This document shows, piece by piece, positions 18,292 to 27,986 of a stretch of DNA of 64,000 nucleotides. The DNA comes from Candidatus Omnitrophota bacterium (GTDB lineage Bacteria; Omnitrophota; Omnitrophia; Omnitrophales; Aquincolibacteriaceae). The stretch covers positions 2,210 through 66,209 of the forward strand of contig JBDRCT010000034.1 of the NCBI GenBank assembly GCA_043821445.1. The letters run 5' to 3'. The notes beneath the pieces were generated by a model. It had not been told where the DNA came from, did no database searches, and was given only the letters and a program-made list of their open reading frames with translations. Positions within the stretch are counted from its first letter, which is position 1. Each line of letters begins with the position of its first letter. The position numbers and the translations under genes are program-made.

Positions 18292-21246
18292 TCATCCGGC
18301 TCCCATTCCGAGAACCTTGCGGAGAAATTGTCCTGTATAGGAGCCCGGGACTCCGGCGACCTCTTCCGGAGAGCCACAAGCGACGATCCTCCCGCCATCC
18401 TTTCCGCCATCGGGCCCCAGATCAATCACATAGTCTGCCATCTTGATGACATCCAGATTGTGCTCGATCACCACGACCGTGTTACCTTGGTTCCGAAGAT
18501 CAAAGAGCGCCTTCAAAAGATGCTGGATATCCCCGAAGTGAAGCCCTGTCGTGGGTTCGTCCAAAAGATAAAGTGTTTTTCCCGTAGCTTTCTTAATAAG
18601 CTCGGAGGCGATCTTAATGCGCTGAGCTTCCCCGCCTGAAAGCGTGGTCGACGATTGTCCGAGTTTTAGATAACCCAGCCCGACCGTTTCAAGAACTTCC
18701 AATCGCTCGCGAATCATGGAAAGCCTCGCAAAAAAACCTATCGCCTCCCGGACTGAAAGGTCCAGCACTTCCGCAATATTTTTTCCTTGGTAACGGACCT
18801 CGAGCGTTGGCTCGTTGTACCGCTTGCCACGGCAGGATTCACAAACCACAAAAAGATCCGGCATAAAGCTCATCTCGAGTTTTTCGGATCCTGCTCCACG
18901 GCAATTTTCACACCGCCCGCCTTTAAGATTAAAACTGAAACGCGACTGGGAATAGCGGCGGAGTTTCGAAAGTTCCATGTCACTGTAAAGTTTGCGAATG
19001 AACCCGAAAATATCCGTATAGGTCGCGGGATTGGAGCGCGGCGTACGTCCGATCGGCGCCTGGTCGATCTCAATGATCTTATCAATATGTTCTGCACCCT
19101 CGAGCGTCCCGAACCGGCCTACTTTGTACTCTGTTTTAAAGATCCGGTTGTGAAGTTCCTTGTAGAGAATATCGTGAACAAGTGTACTTTTACCCGAACC
19201 TGAAACGCCGGTCACGCAGATAAAAAGCCCGAGCGGAAAAGTCACATCGATATTTTTCAGATTATGCTCGCAGCAGCTTTTTACGATAAGTTCCGGGACC
19301 GTACGAGCGCCTTTGCGGTCCTTGGGCACCTCGATTGAAAGCTCGCCGGAAAGATATTGGAGCGTCAGCGATTGGGGGCATTCCTTCATCTCGGCAAGCT
19401 TGCCTTGGGCCACGATCTCCCCGCCCTGAATACCCGCCCCCGGTCCGAGATCGATCACGTGCTCGGCCCTCCGGATCGTTTCCTCGTCGTGTTCAACGAC
19501 AAGTACCGTATTCTTAAGATCGCGAAGTTTTTCAAGTGAATCCAACAACTTTCCATTATCACGGGGATGAAGACCGATGCTCGGCTCATCCAGCACATAG
19601 AGCACACCGGTCAGTCCGAGTCCGATCTGCGCCGCAAGCCGGATGCGCTGGAGTTCCCCTCCGGCCAAAGTTGCGACCGTGCGATCAAGCGTCAGATACC
19701 CGAGCCCGATATCGAGAAGAAATGAAAGCCGTTCACGAACTTCCCGGAGAATGGGCTCTGCGATCACTTCCTGCGCGCCTTGAAAAAACAGATCCCGAAA
19801 GAACGGCACCGTCTCTTCGACAGATAAAGCCGTAACCTCGGTAATATTTTTCCCTTCGATCAGAACGCTGAGGCTTTCTTGGCGGAGCCGCTTGCCCGCA
19901 CATTCCGGACAGATCTCCTCACGTAGGAATTTCCGGACCTTCGCACGCACTTCCTCGGAATTCGTTTCATGGAAAAGTCGCTCCCATTCTTCCACAAGCC
20001 CGGCAATGTCCCCATCCCCGAGGAAAAACACTTCTTTGGCTTCTTCTGGCCAATCTCGATACGGCGTATCCCATTCAAAGTTATATTTCTCCGTCAGATC
20101 ATGCAAAAGATCTTCGAAAAAATACTTATTGAATGAGAAAAAAACGTCTTTGTTGAGTGCGTTCATAAGCGGTTTATGGGGCGCCAAGATCACACCCTGG
20201 GCAAAGATCTGCGAAAGTTTCCCGAGCCCTTTGCATTTCGGGCAGGCTCCGTAAGGGCTGTTGAATGAGAACATGTTGGGCGCGAGATCCGGCAGGCTGA
20301 TCTGGCATTTGGCGCAGGTTTTGGTGGTGGAAAAAAAATGAAGGACCCCCTCCCCGTTATCCTCTTTTTCCAGGATCGCAATATGTCCTTTAGTGAGATC
20401 CAACGCGCAAACGAAGGAATTCCTGAAACGTTTGTCCTGGCATCTATCCTGACTTTTATTTTCTCTCTCATTATGGTTGTCAGGATTGCCCCAATTTCCA
20501 TCATGTGGAAATTGAACAGTATTGGGACTATTTTCTTCTGACAAAGGGTTGCCAGGGCTGGTCCAATTAACCCTTGAATCTTTTGAAGGAGAATTGGGCC
20601 TGTCCTCACCCTTTAAAAGCGTCAGCTCATCGATCACGATCTCAATATCGTGGCGCACGGACTTCCGGAGCTTCATATCCTGTTTGATGAGCCTCACGCT
20701 CCCATCGATGCGCGCCCGGTCAAAACCTTTTTTAAGTGAATCCTGGAAAAGCTTCTGGAATTCTCCCTTGCGCCCTCGCGCAAGCGGTGCCAAGACCTGC
20801 ACTTCACGTCCCGCAAAACGCTCGAGAAGGTCCTTAAAAAGCTCCTCACGGGACTGGCTTCGAAGGATCTCATGACACGAGGGACAGTAAGGGATGCCGA
20901 CCTTGGCGAAAAGGAGCCTCAGATAATCATAGATCTCGGTAACGGTTGCGACCGTAGAGCGCGGATTATGCGTAACGGAACGTTGTTCGATCGCGATCGC
21001 AGGAGAAAGCCCGGAGATATGGTCCACATCCGGCTTCTTGAGCTTTTCGAGAAATTGCTTGGCGTAAGAGGAAAGACTTTCGAGATAGCGACGCTGGCCT
21101 TCGGCGTAGATCGTATCGAACGCGAGCGAGGATTTCCCGGAACCGGAGAGACCGGTTATGACCGTGATTTTGTTGCGAGGGATCTTAAGCGATAAGTTCT
21201 TGAGATTGTGTTCTCGTGCCCCGCGGACCTCGATGAATTCATCCAT
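18292..21246 (-). CDS. uvrA: Excinuclease ABC subunit A
   Basis: Two ABC ATPase modules ([20 protein letters not shown]) and zinc-finger cysteines. Start set at [17 protein letters not shown] (ATG 21246), because a conserved non-coding repeat (21270-21316) lies inside the longer ORF start at 21330. It contains an AT-rich insertion of about 65 aa. Confidence 0.93.
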   Translation of the reverse strand: MDEFIEVRGAREHNLKNLSLKIPRNKITVITGLSGSGKSSLAFDTIYAEGQRRYLESLSSYAKQFLEKLKKPDVDHISGLSPAIAIEQRSVTHNPRSTVATVTEIYDYLRLLFAKVGIPYCPSCHEILRSQSREELFKDLLERFAGREVQVLAPLARGRKGEFQKLFQDSLKKGFDRARIDGSVRLIKQDMKLRKSVRHDIEIVIDELTLLKGEDRPNSPSKDSRVNWTSPGNPLSEENSPNTVQFPHDGNWGNPDNHNERENKSQDRCQDKRFRNSFVCALDLTKGHIAILEKEDNGEGVLHFFSTTKTCAKCQISLPDLAPNMFSFNSPYGACPKCKGLGKLSQIFAQGVILAPHKPLMNALNKDVFFSFNKYFFEDLLHDLTEKYNFEWDTPYRDWPEEAKEVFFLGDGDIAGLVEEWERLFHETNSEEVRAKVRKFLREEICPECAGKRLRQESLSVLIEGKNITEVTALSVEETVPFFRDLFFQGAQEVIAEPILREVRERLSFLLDIGLGYLTLDRTVATLAGGELQRIRLAAQIGLGLTGVLYVLDEPSIGLHPRDNGKLLDSLEKLRDLKNTVLVVEHDEETIRRAEHVIDLGPGAGIQGGEIVAQGKLAEMKECPQSLTLQYLSGELSIEVPKDRKGARTVPELIVKSCCEHNLKNIDVTFPLGLFICVTGVSGSGKSTLVHDILYKELHNRIFKTEYKVGRFGTLEGAEHIDKIIEIDQAPIGRTPRSNPATYTDIFGFIRKLYSDMELSKLRRYSQSRFSFNLKGGRCENCRGAGSEKLEMSFMPDLFVVCESCRGKRYNEPTLEVRYQGKNIAEVLDLSVREAIGFFARLSMIRERLEVLETVGLGYLKLGQSSTTLSGGEAQRIKIASELIKKATGKTLYLLDEPTTGLHFGDIQHLLKALFDLRNQGNTVVVIEHNLDVIKMADYVIDLGPDGGKDGGRIVACGSPEEVAGVPGSYTGQFLRKVLGMGAG

Positions 21247-21269
21247 GCACGGAATTCCTCCGGCCGGCC

Positions 21270-21316
21270 CGTCCCCATACCTGTCAATTTCAACTTCGTT
21301 GAAATGGGGGCGGTCC
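21270..21316. repeat. REP-like 47-bp palindromic element, family 2 copy 2
   Basis: cgtccccatacctgtcaatttcaacttcgttgaaatgggggcggtcc. Same arms as copy 1 with the 3-nt loop inverted (ttc vs gaa). It lies 24 nt upstream of the uvrA ATG. Confidence 0.65.
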
Positions 21317-21356
21317 TGACTGCCATTCATAAAAAGAAAACAAGAGTCAGGACCGC

Positions 21357-22172
21357 TCAGGTCCCGACGCGAACGGAGGCGAAAGCTTTTTTGAGCGTGG
21401 CGATCGCGGCAAGAATGGCCAGATAACTTGTTTTTGGATTCCCGGGTGCCGGTTTGTTCTGTGTCACCGTGGTGAATGTACCGAAGTCCCCTTCGACCAG
21501 GACCTCATGCCGGTTCCCTTTGTAGGCTCGCGAGGTCCAGATCTCCACCTGTGTACGCTCGGGCCCGATCCCTGCGAGACTCAGAACGGCGGCAACATTG
21601 ATGTTCTGCGGGAAATGCTCGATGGCCTCGATCGCCGCTCCGCGAAAAACACGTTTTTCTTCGGAAAAGGTTTTGAGGACCGGGAATTTTTTCTTGAGGA
21701 AATAGGCCGCGCCCATCAGCGCCTCCGGTGGCTTACGCGTGATCAAGCGGACCTTCCGAATCTTTCCGTTGGCTGCCGCCAAGACGCCGTCCACGCCCGT
21801 GATCGCACCGGAGGGACAAAAGATCCTGGACCGGTTCTTCTTGAGCAGTTCGACGACCTGGGGCTGAAGCAATCCTCCCACACTCATGATAAGAACTTTT
21901 TTATTCCATTCACAGGCAAGCTTCACAACTTGCGCTGCGACCTTGGGTGACGCGGCTTCGATGATCAGGTCCGAACGGCGGACCAACTCGGTCAGCGGAA
22001 CCAGACGTGCATAAAACTTATATTTTTCCTGAAGCGCTGCCGCCTTTTCCTTGTGCTTTTCGCACAAGAACTTAAGCTGCGCGAAAGCCCGGAGATCTGT
22101 CACCACCGCTTGCGCGAGCGCCGTCCCGATCGTCCCTCCTCCGATGATCCCGACCTTGATCCTTCGTTTCAT
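21357..22172 (-). CDS. nadX: L-aspartate dehydrogenase-like (NAD(P)-binding, DUF108 family)
   Basis: 271 aa; N-terminal Rossmann fold VGIIGGGTIGTALA; resembles the NadX/aspartate dehydrogenase family by recall; adjacent to panD. Confidence 0.55.
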   Translation of the reverse strand: MKRRIKVGIIGGGTIGTALAQAVVTDLRAFAQLKFLCEKHKEKAAALQEKYKFYARLVPLTELVRRSDLIIEAASPKVAAQVVKLACEWNKKVLIMSVGGLLQPQVVELLKKNRSRIFCPSGAITGVDGVLAAANGKIRKVRLITRKPPEALMGAAYFLKKKFPVLKTFSEEKRVFRGAAIEAIEHFPQNINVAAVLSLAGIGPERTQVEIWTSRAYKGNRHEVLVEGDFGTFTTVTQNKPAPGNPKTSYLAILAAIATLKKAFASVRVGT

Positions 22173-22528
22173 TTTTTCCTTCTCACGATGCGATTCTTGG
22201 AATCGACATAAACGACTTTAGGTTTGTGCTTTTTTGCCTCCGCCGCCGTAAGTACCATAAAGGTCAGGATGATTGCGATATCACCCGCTTTTCCGTGTTT
22301 GGCCGCGCCGCCGTTCAGGCAGATGACACCGGACCCCACGGGCCCAGGGATGGCATAACTTTCGATGCGAGAACCATTATTAAGATTCGCAATGAGGACT
22401 TTCTCATGCGGAAGAATGCCTGCTTCATCCATCAGTCTCTTGTCAATCGTGATACTTCCGGGATAATCGATGCACGCCTCGGTCACGGTCACACGGTGGA
22501 TCTTTCCACCCAACATTTGTTTCTGCAT
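22169..22528 (-). CDS. panD: Aspartate 1-decarboxylase
   Basis: 119 aa; MLGGKIHRVTVTEACIDYPGSITID (pyruvoyl proenzyme Gly-Ser cleavage region). Confidence 0.9.
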   Translation of the reverse strand: MQKQMLGGKIHRVTVTEACIDYPGSITIDKRLMDEAGILPHEKVLIANLNNGSRIESYAIPGPVGSGVICLNGGAAKHGKAGDIAIILTFMVLTAAEAKKHKPKVVYVDSKNRIVRRKK

Positions 22529-22572
22529 AGATCCTCGATTTTTAGATTTCGGTAGTCTGTTTTCGGTTGCTG

Positions 22573-23421
22573 TCAGTTGTGGATTATAACATTATCGATC
22601 AGTCTTGTCTTGCCGACAAAGCAAGCCGCCAGGACAATCATGTCTTTCTGGTACTTTTTGAGCGGCGCAAGCGTCCCGGGTTCCACAATCTCAAAATATT
22701 GAACCTGATCCACGTTTTTTTTCAATTCCCGGATTGCCCGAGTCCTTAAATCCGTGAACCTCCGCCGTTTTTTCCGTAAGAGGTCCTTCTTAAACATAAA
22801 AAGCACTCGTGAGATCGCAAGGGCTCGATGCCGTTCATGAGGGCTGAGATAACGGTTCCTGGAACTCATGGCAAGCCCGTCCTTTTCCCGCACCGTAGGC
22901 ATCACACGAACACGGGTTGGCAAGTTCAGATCGCGCACAAGCCGGCGGATAACGGTGGCTTGCTGAAAATCCTTGGCACCGAGATAAAGCCGGCAAGGCC
23001 CCGTGATATTAAGAAACTTCGTCACCACGGTCGCTACTCCCCGGAAATGCCCGGGACGGAATTTTCCGCAAAGAACATTCGTAAGCCTCGGGCTGACGTC
23101 CACAAAAGTCGTATAACCTTCGGGATACATGGCCGCAACGGAGGGGCAGAAAAGATAATCGACTTTGACCGGCCGGAGCTTTTTCATGTCCTCGGACAAA
23201 ACGCGTGGGTACTTCGCGTAATCTTCATTCATGACGAATTGCGTGGGATTAACGAAGATGCTAACGACCGTGATATCGTTCTCGTGATCGGAGGCGCGGA
23301 CAAGAGACAAGTGACCTTCATGCAACGCCCCCATGGTAGGAACAAAGCCCACGGTTTTTCCGCGGGCTCTTTCTTTTTCGAGTATTTGCTGAAGTTTTCC
23401 GGGATATCGGATGAGTTTCAT
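22573..23421 (-). CDS. panC: Pantoate--beta-alanine ligase
   Basis: HIGH-type motif PTMGALHEGHLSLV; start chosen at MKLIRYPG. Confidence 0.9.
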   Translation of the reverse strand: MKLIRYPGKLQQILEKERARGKTVGFVPTMGALHEGHLSLVRASDHENDITVVSIFVNPTQFVMNEDYAKYPRVLSEDMKKLRPVKVDYLFCPSVAAMYPEGYTTFVDVSPRLTNVLCGKFRPGHFRGVATVVTKFLNITGPCRLYLGAKDFQQATVIRRLVRDLNLPTRVRVMPTVREKDGLAMSSRNRYLSPHERHRALAISRVLFMFKKDLLRKKRRRFTDLRTRAIRELKKNVDQVQYFEIVEPGTLAPLKKYQKDMIVLAACFVGKTRLIDNVIIHN

Positions 23422-23451
23422 GGTTTTCTTCTCAAGATACAAAGCATAAGG

Positions 23452-23946
23452 TCAAGGGACCAACTTTGCGCCCCGAGCTTCGCCCTTTGCGTTCAGTTCA
23501 CTTAATAAGACTCGCATCGTTTTCTTCAATACCGGATGAATAAATTCGGGAGCAAGATCACAAAATGGCACAAGCACGAACGCTCTTTCATGAAGCCGTG
23601 GATGTGGAATGATACAATTTTTTCTTTCACATGTTTCATCTCCATAAAAAAGAATATCGAGGTCCAGGACCCGAGCCTCATTCTTCGTGATCCTCTGACG
23701 GCCTGCACGGGCCTCGAGTTCATGCATCTCCTGTAAAAGATCCTGCGGAGACAAATCCGTCACAAAACTCCAGACCGCGTTCCAATACCTCGGCTGCTCT
23801 TCGCCTCCGACGGGTTCTGTTTCATAGACCGGCGAACGCTTCAGCTCGCGGATCCGGTCATCGACAAGAAGCTCTTGGGCCGCAAACCCGAAATTGCTTT
23901 TCCGGTCCCCGAGATTGGATCCGATACCGAGGTAGACTCTGGTCAT
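23452..23946 (-). CDS. folK: 2-amino-4-hydroxy-6-hydroxymethyldihydropteridine diphosphokinase
   Basis: 164 aa; HPPK motifs (VYLGIGSNLGD, RVLDLDILFYGD, PHPRLHERAFVLVP). Confidence 0.9.
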   Translation of the reverse strand: MTRVYLGIGSNLGDRKSNFGFAAQELLVDDRIRELKRSPVYETEPVGGEEQPRYWNAVWSFVTDLSPQDLLQEMHELEARAGRQRITKNEARVLDLDILFYGDETCERKNCIIPHPRLHERAFVLVPFCDLAPEFIHPVLKKTMRVLLSELNAKGEARGAKLVP

Positions 23947-23978
23947 ATTCCTGCCCTGTATCGATGGACCACCTCGTT

Positions 23979-24012
23979 CCAGACCGGGTCTGTCATGACA
24001 GACCCGGTCTGG
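23979..24012. repeat. Perfect 34-bp palindrome (17-bp arms, no spacer) between dapL and folK
   Basis: CCAGACCGGGTCTGTCA|TGACAGACCCGGTCTGG, with no adjacent T/A tract. Confidence 0.8.
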
Positions 24013-24021
24013 AATAGGTAG

Positions 24022-25215
24022 TTAAATTTGAGATCTGTGCGGATGGCTTTTCTTGATACGGTCGAGGGCTTCCATGATCCGCGATTCGGCGACGGTCAAG
24101 GAGATCCGGAAATATCCTTCCCCGTTGGGTCCGAAGCCGTTCCCAGGGGTCACAACGATATTCAGCTCTTCCAGAAATTTCAAGGCCAATTCTGCGGAAG
24201 TATAGCCTGCCGGCACCGGGATCCAGACGTAAAAAGTGGCCTTCGGCGCTTCGATCTGCCAGCCAAGGTCCCGGAAACCTTGCACCAAAAGATCGCGGCG
24301 CTCCTGATAGATTTGGAGATTCTTCTCCAGTTCCTTCTGCCCGTCCTGTAGTGCTCTGATGCCCGCGATCTGGATCGCCTGAAAAATGCCGGAATCCAGG
24401 TTCGACTTCACTTTCGCGAGAAGCGAAAGCACTTGTGCATTCCCGACCGCAAAGCCCGCGCGCCAACCGGTCATGCTATAAGTTTTTGAAAGAGAGAAAA
24501 GCTCTACCGCGATCTCTTTGGCGCCGGAGATCTCCAGGATGCTCGGTGACTTAAGCCCCTCATAGCACATCTCCGAATAGGCCGCGTCATGGGCGATCAA
24601 GATCCCGTGCTTGTGTGCGAACGCCACGGCCTTTTCAAAAAAATCTTTGTCCGCCACCTGCGAGGTCGGATTATTCGGATAGTTGAGGAACATGAGCCGC
24701 GTATTCTTCAAAACATCTTCCGGGATTGCGCCAAAATCCGGAAAGTAACCGTTCTTTTCCAGAAGCGGCATCGTGTAGGGAATGCCTTCGGCAAAAAGCG
24801 TTCCCGAACGGTACACAGGATAACCGGGATCCGGGATCAAACAAACTTTCCCTGGATTCAGGACTGCGAGCGGCAAATGTCCGATACCCTCTTTGGAACC
24901 GATCAGCGGAAGAATCTCTTTGTCCGGATCAAGCCTTACACCGAAGCGGTGTTGGAACCAATCACGGATCGCATAGCGGAATTCCGGCATCCCCTGGTCG
25001 AGAGCATAACGATGGTTGCGGGGATTCTTCGCTGCAGCACTCAAAGCCTCAATGATGAAATCCGCCGTTGGAATGTCCGGATCCCCGACCCCGAGGTCGA
25101 TCACATCCTTCCCCTTGGCAATGAGCTCGCGCTTTTTTTTGTCGATCTCCGCAAAAAGGTAAGGCGGTAATTTCTGCAATCGTCCCGTCGGTTCGATCGT
25201 AAGCGGTTTAAACAT
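24022..25215 (-). CDS. dapL: LL-diaminopimelate aminotransferase-like class I aminotransferase
   Basis: 397 aa; N-terminus KLPPYLFAEID and DLGVGDPD typical of DapL; PLP lysine region SLSKTYSMTGWRAG. Confidence 0.75.
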   Translation of the reverse strand: MFKPLTIEPTGRLQKLPPYLFAEIDKKKRELIAKGKDVIDLGVGDPDIPTADFIIEALSAAAKNPRNHRYALDQGMPEFRYAIRDWFQHRFGVRLDPDKEILPLIGSKEGIGHLPLAVLNPGKVCLIPDPGYPVYRSGTLFAEGIPYTMPLLEKNGYFPDFGAIPEDVLKNTRLMFLNYPNNPTSQVADKDFFEKAVAFAHKHGILIAHDAAYSEMCYEGLKSPSILEISGAKEIAVELFSLSKTYSMTGWRAGFAVGNAQVLSLLAKVKSNLDSGIFQAIQIAGIRALQDGQKELEKNLQIYQERRDLLVQGFRDLGWQIEAPKATFYVWIPVPAGYTSAELALKFLEELNIVVTPGNGFGPNGEGYFRISLTVAESRIMEALDRIKKSHPHRSQI

Positions 25216-25319
25216 AGGATCCTTTCCTGGAGAATTTGAAGAATAATTGTACTACAAGGCCGGAATTATACCAGACTTCGGGAAGCTTGGGAACAGGGCG
25301 CAGACACGGAGGGATACTT

Positions 25320-25715
25320 TTATTTTTTGCTGTAAGGAGCGTAAGATTTGGGAGGATTCTTGACTCTTTCCGGATCCGGGATCGGCAATCCATAACCCAT
25401 GTTCGGAAAATCCACGGGAATGAAAAAAGTAGCCAGTTGGATCAACCCCCCGGCCGTGTAGACCACTCCCTCACCGATCCCTGCCGAATAACCCATCCAC
25501 TGTGCCTGGTACTTTGGATTCTTGGCTTCGGCCCAAGGCGTCATCCAGCCCAGGAGAGAATTCTTGATACCAAAACAGAATTTCCCCCAAGTCTTTCCTC
25601 CGTAGTTTTGTTTGGCCATCCAGGGAGACGCTGCGTACGCAGGCATGGCACCCAACAGAAAAAGAACGGCAAATACAACGAACGCCCAGAGGGATCTCTT
25701 ATCTTTTATATTCAT
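25320..25715 (-). CDS. Small secreted protein, tandem paralog A
   Basis: Start at MNIKDKRSLWAFVVFAVLFLLGAMPAYA (signal peptide); shares the motif TAGG(L/I)..ATF.IP.D.P with paralog B. Confidence 0.5.
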   Translation of the reverse strand: MNIKDKRSLWAFVVFAVLFLLGAMPAYAASPWMAKQNYGGKTWGKFCFGIKNSLLGWMTPWAEAKNPKYQAQWMGYSAGIGEGVVYTAGGLIQLATFFIPVDFPNMGYGLPIPDPERVKNPPKSYAPYSKK

Positions 25716-26070
25716 AAGCAATCCCGCCCTGAGGCAATGGGATATCCAGTGGAATGGGGAACGTCGCTGCATGAAGAATACCGCCTGCTGTATTCGTGAA
25801 GGTATAACCGATCCCCTTAGCCACACCTGTGAAGAAATTCTTATCTTTGGCGGGTTCAAAAAAAAGAGCGGTCCAACCGGCCGTGATATTGAGAAACCCG
25901 AATCCCAACTTCTGGGATATCTTCCCAAGATAAGTGGACTCCTGGGTCCAATCGCTGGACTGCATGGGCCCGGCATAAGCCGAACCGGCCACAGCGCAAA
26001 ACAGAACGAGGATCACGAGCGAGCGTGCCCATCCTGGTGGGGAGAAAACCTTGCACGGTTTCATAAGCAA
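25699..26070 (-). CDS. Small secreted protein, tandem paralog B
   Basis: 123 aa; signal peptide ...VLFCAVAGSAYA; its 3' end overlaps the start of paralog A by 17 nt. Confidence 0.5.
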   Translation of the reverse strand: MLMKPCKVFSPPGWARSLVILVLFCAVAGSAYAGPMQSSDWTQESTYLGKISQKLGFGFLNITAGWTALFFEPAKDKNFFTGVAKGIGYTFTNTAGGILHAATFPIPLDIPLPQGGIAYEYKR

Positions 26071-26196
26071 AAAAATACTACTGGTTTAGAACGTATAAGT
26101 CAAGAAAACGAGAAAACTTCGGTGCAAAATTCCGAGGGGCAAAGGACCGAGTTCGCGGCCTGCCTGAGCTTTGGATCTGTCTTGTCTTCAGGCTGA

Positions 26197-26994
26197 CTAG
26201 TTAAGTTTAGCAACGTCGAAGTTGAATTGGGGGTCTAATTGTTTCAGTTCCAGGACCAAATGAAGGATCGTATTCTTTAGTTCTGAGGATTTTGTCGAAA
26301 GCCATCTCTGATAAGCTTCAAGGAACTGCTCCATCTTGATGTTCCGCAGGTGGTCTTTTTCATAGCCGCTCATCTCCATAAGGAAATGCTGGAAGGCCTG
26401 CTCCCTGAAGCACTCGATAAATTTGAAATAATCTTCTTTGACGTCGGCAAGGATATGTCTGTAGACGTCGAACTGACTCGCGATTTTGCTGAGCACTTCC
26501 CCTACCCCTGTTTTTTTGTCATAAACTCCGGCATGGAAGCGCGCAGCCTGGTTGTAATAGAGGATTGCGGACAAGCGTTCTTCGCTTTTTTCATTCGGGG
26601 CGTCTTTTTTGAGCGGAAACCGCTTGGCCAATGGAGGATCGGGATTAAAGATCGTGGATTGAACGAGCAAATGGTCGGCATTGACCTTAAAAATAAAATA
26701 CCGGAGCATCGGATCGTCAGTCTCCCGGACCCATTCAAAAATCTCGTGAGTGTTGGTCGAAAGAAAGGGATCCGCCATGTCGTGGTATTCCGGAAGCGAG
26801 ACGGCGAAGAGCAGATGCGCAAGATAGATATTCACATCCTCATCGAAAGAAAGCGCCCGCGTCAAGCCACGCGCTTGGTCCTTGGCTTTCAAAATAGATT
26901 CCAAGAGAAAATAGATGGCCGACTCGCGGTCCTCGCTTGAGAGACTGAAATACAGGTAAGGTGCTTTCGAATCCAGCTCTTTCTTTTCGCTCAT
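26197..26994 (-). CDS. Hypothetical protein (orphan in a low-GC region)
   Basis: Start at MSEKKELDSK with strong ribosome-binding site AAAGGAGGGG about 9 nt upstream; about 45% GC; a 220-bp AT-rich region (26995-27220) lies upstream; no recognisable domain. Confidence 0.45.
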   Translation of the reverse strand: MSEKKELDSKAPYLYFSLSSEDRESAIYFLLESILKAKDQARGLTRALSFDEDVNIYLAHLLFAVSLPEYHDMADPFLSTNTHEIFEWVRETDDPMLRYFIFKVNADHLLVQSTIFNPDPPLAKRFPLKKDAPNEKSEERLSAILYYNQAARFHAGVYDKKTGVGEVLSKIASQFDVYRHILADVKEDYFKFIECFREQAFQHFLMEMSGYEKDHLRNIKMEQFLEAYQRWLSTKSSELKNTILHLVLELKQLDPQFNFDVAKLN

Positions 26995-27220
26995 TTCATT
27001 CCCCTCCTTTAAAATATAGCAATATATAACAACTATATACTTTTCATACTTATTATCTACAAACAGAAACATAGCATAGCAACATAGAAAAGTCAAATCC
27101 ATCAAATAAATACTTTATCATCATAACGTATTGAAAATAAAGGGGTTATAACTTCTGAAGAAAAATTAAAAATAGGTCTAGCTTGACCCTATTCTAAGGG
27201 GATATTGCAGAAGAGATGGA

Positions 27221-27982
27221 TTAGCTAGATTTCAAAACGGCACGAACAGAATCGAGGAACTTGCGGGTTTTGAGGACTTTTCCGAGGCGGTAATTGAGAA
27301 AGGTGGTGATGATAGCCTTGATCTGGCTTTCGATCACGGAGTTGTGGGACACGCGAAGGCAATCCGTCAGCGCGTCCTTACTGTAAGAACGCAGAACCGC
27401 AAGCGCACCGGGACTTACGGCCAGCGCGGCTGTATCTTTCGAACGACAACGCTCGCAGAAAAGCGCTCCATGACGGATAGAAAAAAAGCCCTTCTCAAGG
27501 GGTTTCGCGCCGCACGCCAAACAGCTTTCAAGAAAAGGGAGCCAGCCCATTTCCCTGAGAAGTTGGGTCACGAAGACAGTTTCAAGACGCGGGGGCGGGA
27601 TCACGGGCAGAAAACGGAAACTTTCCCTTAGCAGGTCAAAGATCTTCGGATGCGGATCCTGGATCTCGGTCAGCTCATCCACCAGCTCACAAAAATAACT
27701 GGCATACGCGATCCCACCCAACCGGTCGCGAAGCGCGTGATGACTTTCAAGGATCGAAGCATCCGAGATCAGATGAAGATCCGAACGTTTTTTTTCGTAG
27801 AAAAGGTACTCCGCATGAGTGAACAGCTCGAACCCCGCCTGGCGGATCTCCCCCTCCCGGTGGACGCCCTTGACCACCCCGCGCACCTTTCCGAACTGCG
27901 GCGTGAAAAACGTCACGATGAGGGAACTGGAGCGGAACGGCATCGTCTTCAGGACAAGAGCTTCGGTCTTGTGGATGCTCAT
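27221..27982 (-). CDS. recO: DNA repair protein RecO
   Basis: 253 aa; RecO N-terminal OB region (EALVLKTMPFRSSSLIVTFFTPQFGKVRGVVKG) and zinc-binding C..C...C..C region (CLACGAK...CERC). Confidence 0.85.
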   Translation of the reverse strand: MSIHKTEALVLKTMPFRSSSLIVTFFTPQFGKVRGVVKGVHREGEIRQAGFELFTHAEYLFYEKKRSDLHLISDASILESHHALRDRLGGIAYASYFCELVDELTEIQDPHPKIFDLLRESFRFLPVIPPPRLETVFVTQLLREMGWLPFLESCLACGAKPLEKGFFSIRHGALFCERCRSKDTAALAVSPGALAVLRSYSKDALTDCLRVSHNSVIESQIKAIITTFLNYRLGKVLKTRKFLDSVRAVLKSS

Positions 27983-27986
27983 AAAA

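Noticed and set aside
21270-21316. Possible LexA (SOS) box upstream of uvrA
   Set aside because: CTGT is present but there is no ACAG partner at the E. coli spacing, and the same element occurs upstream of ppdK and in a non-SOS context; it is better explained as a repeat family.
18292-21330. Long 1012-aa version of uvrA
   Set aside because: It translates through a conserved non-coding palindromic repeat; the Met at 21246 matches canonical UvrA N-termini.
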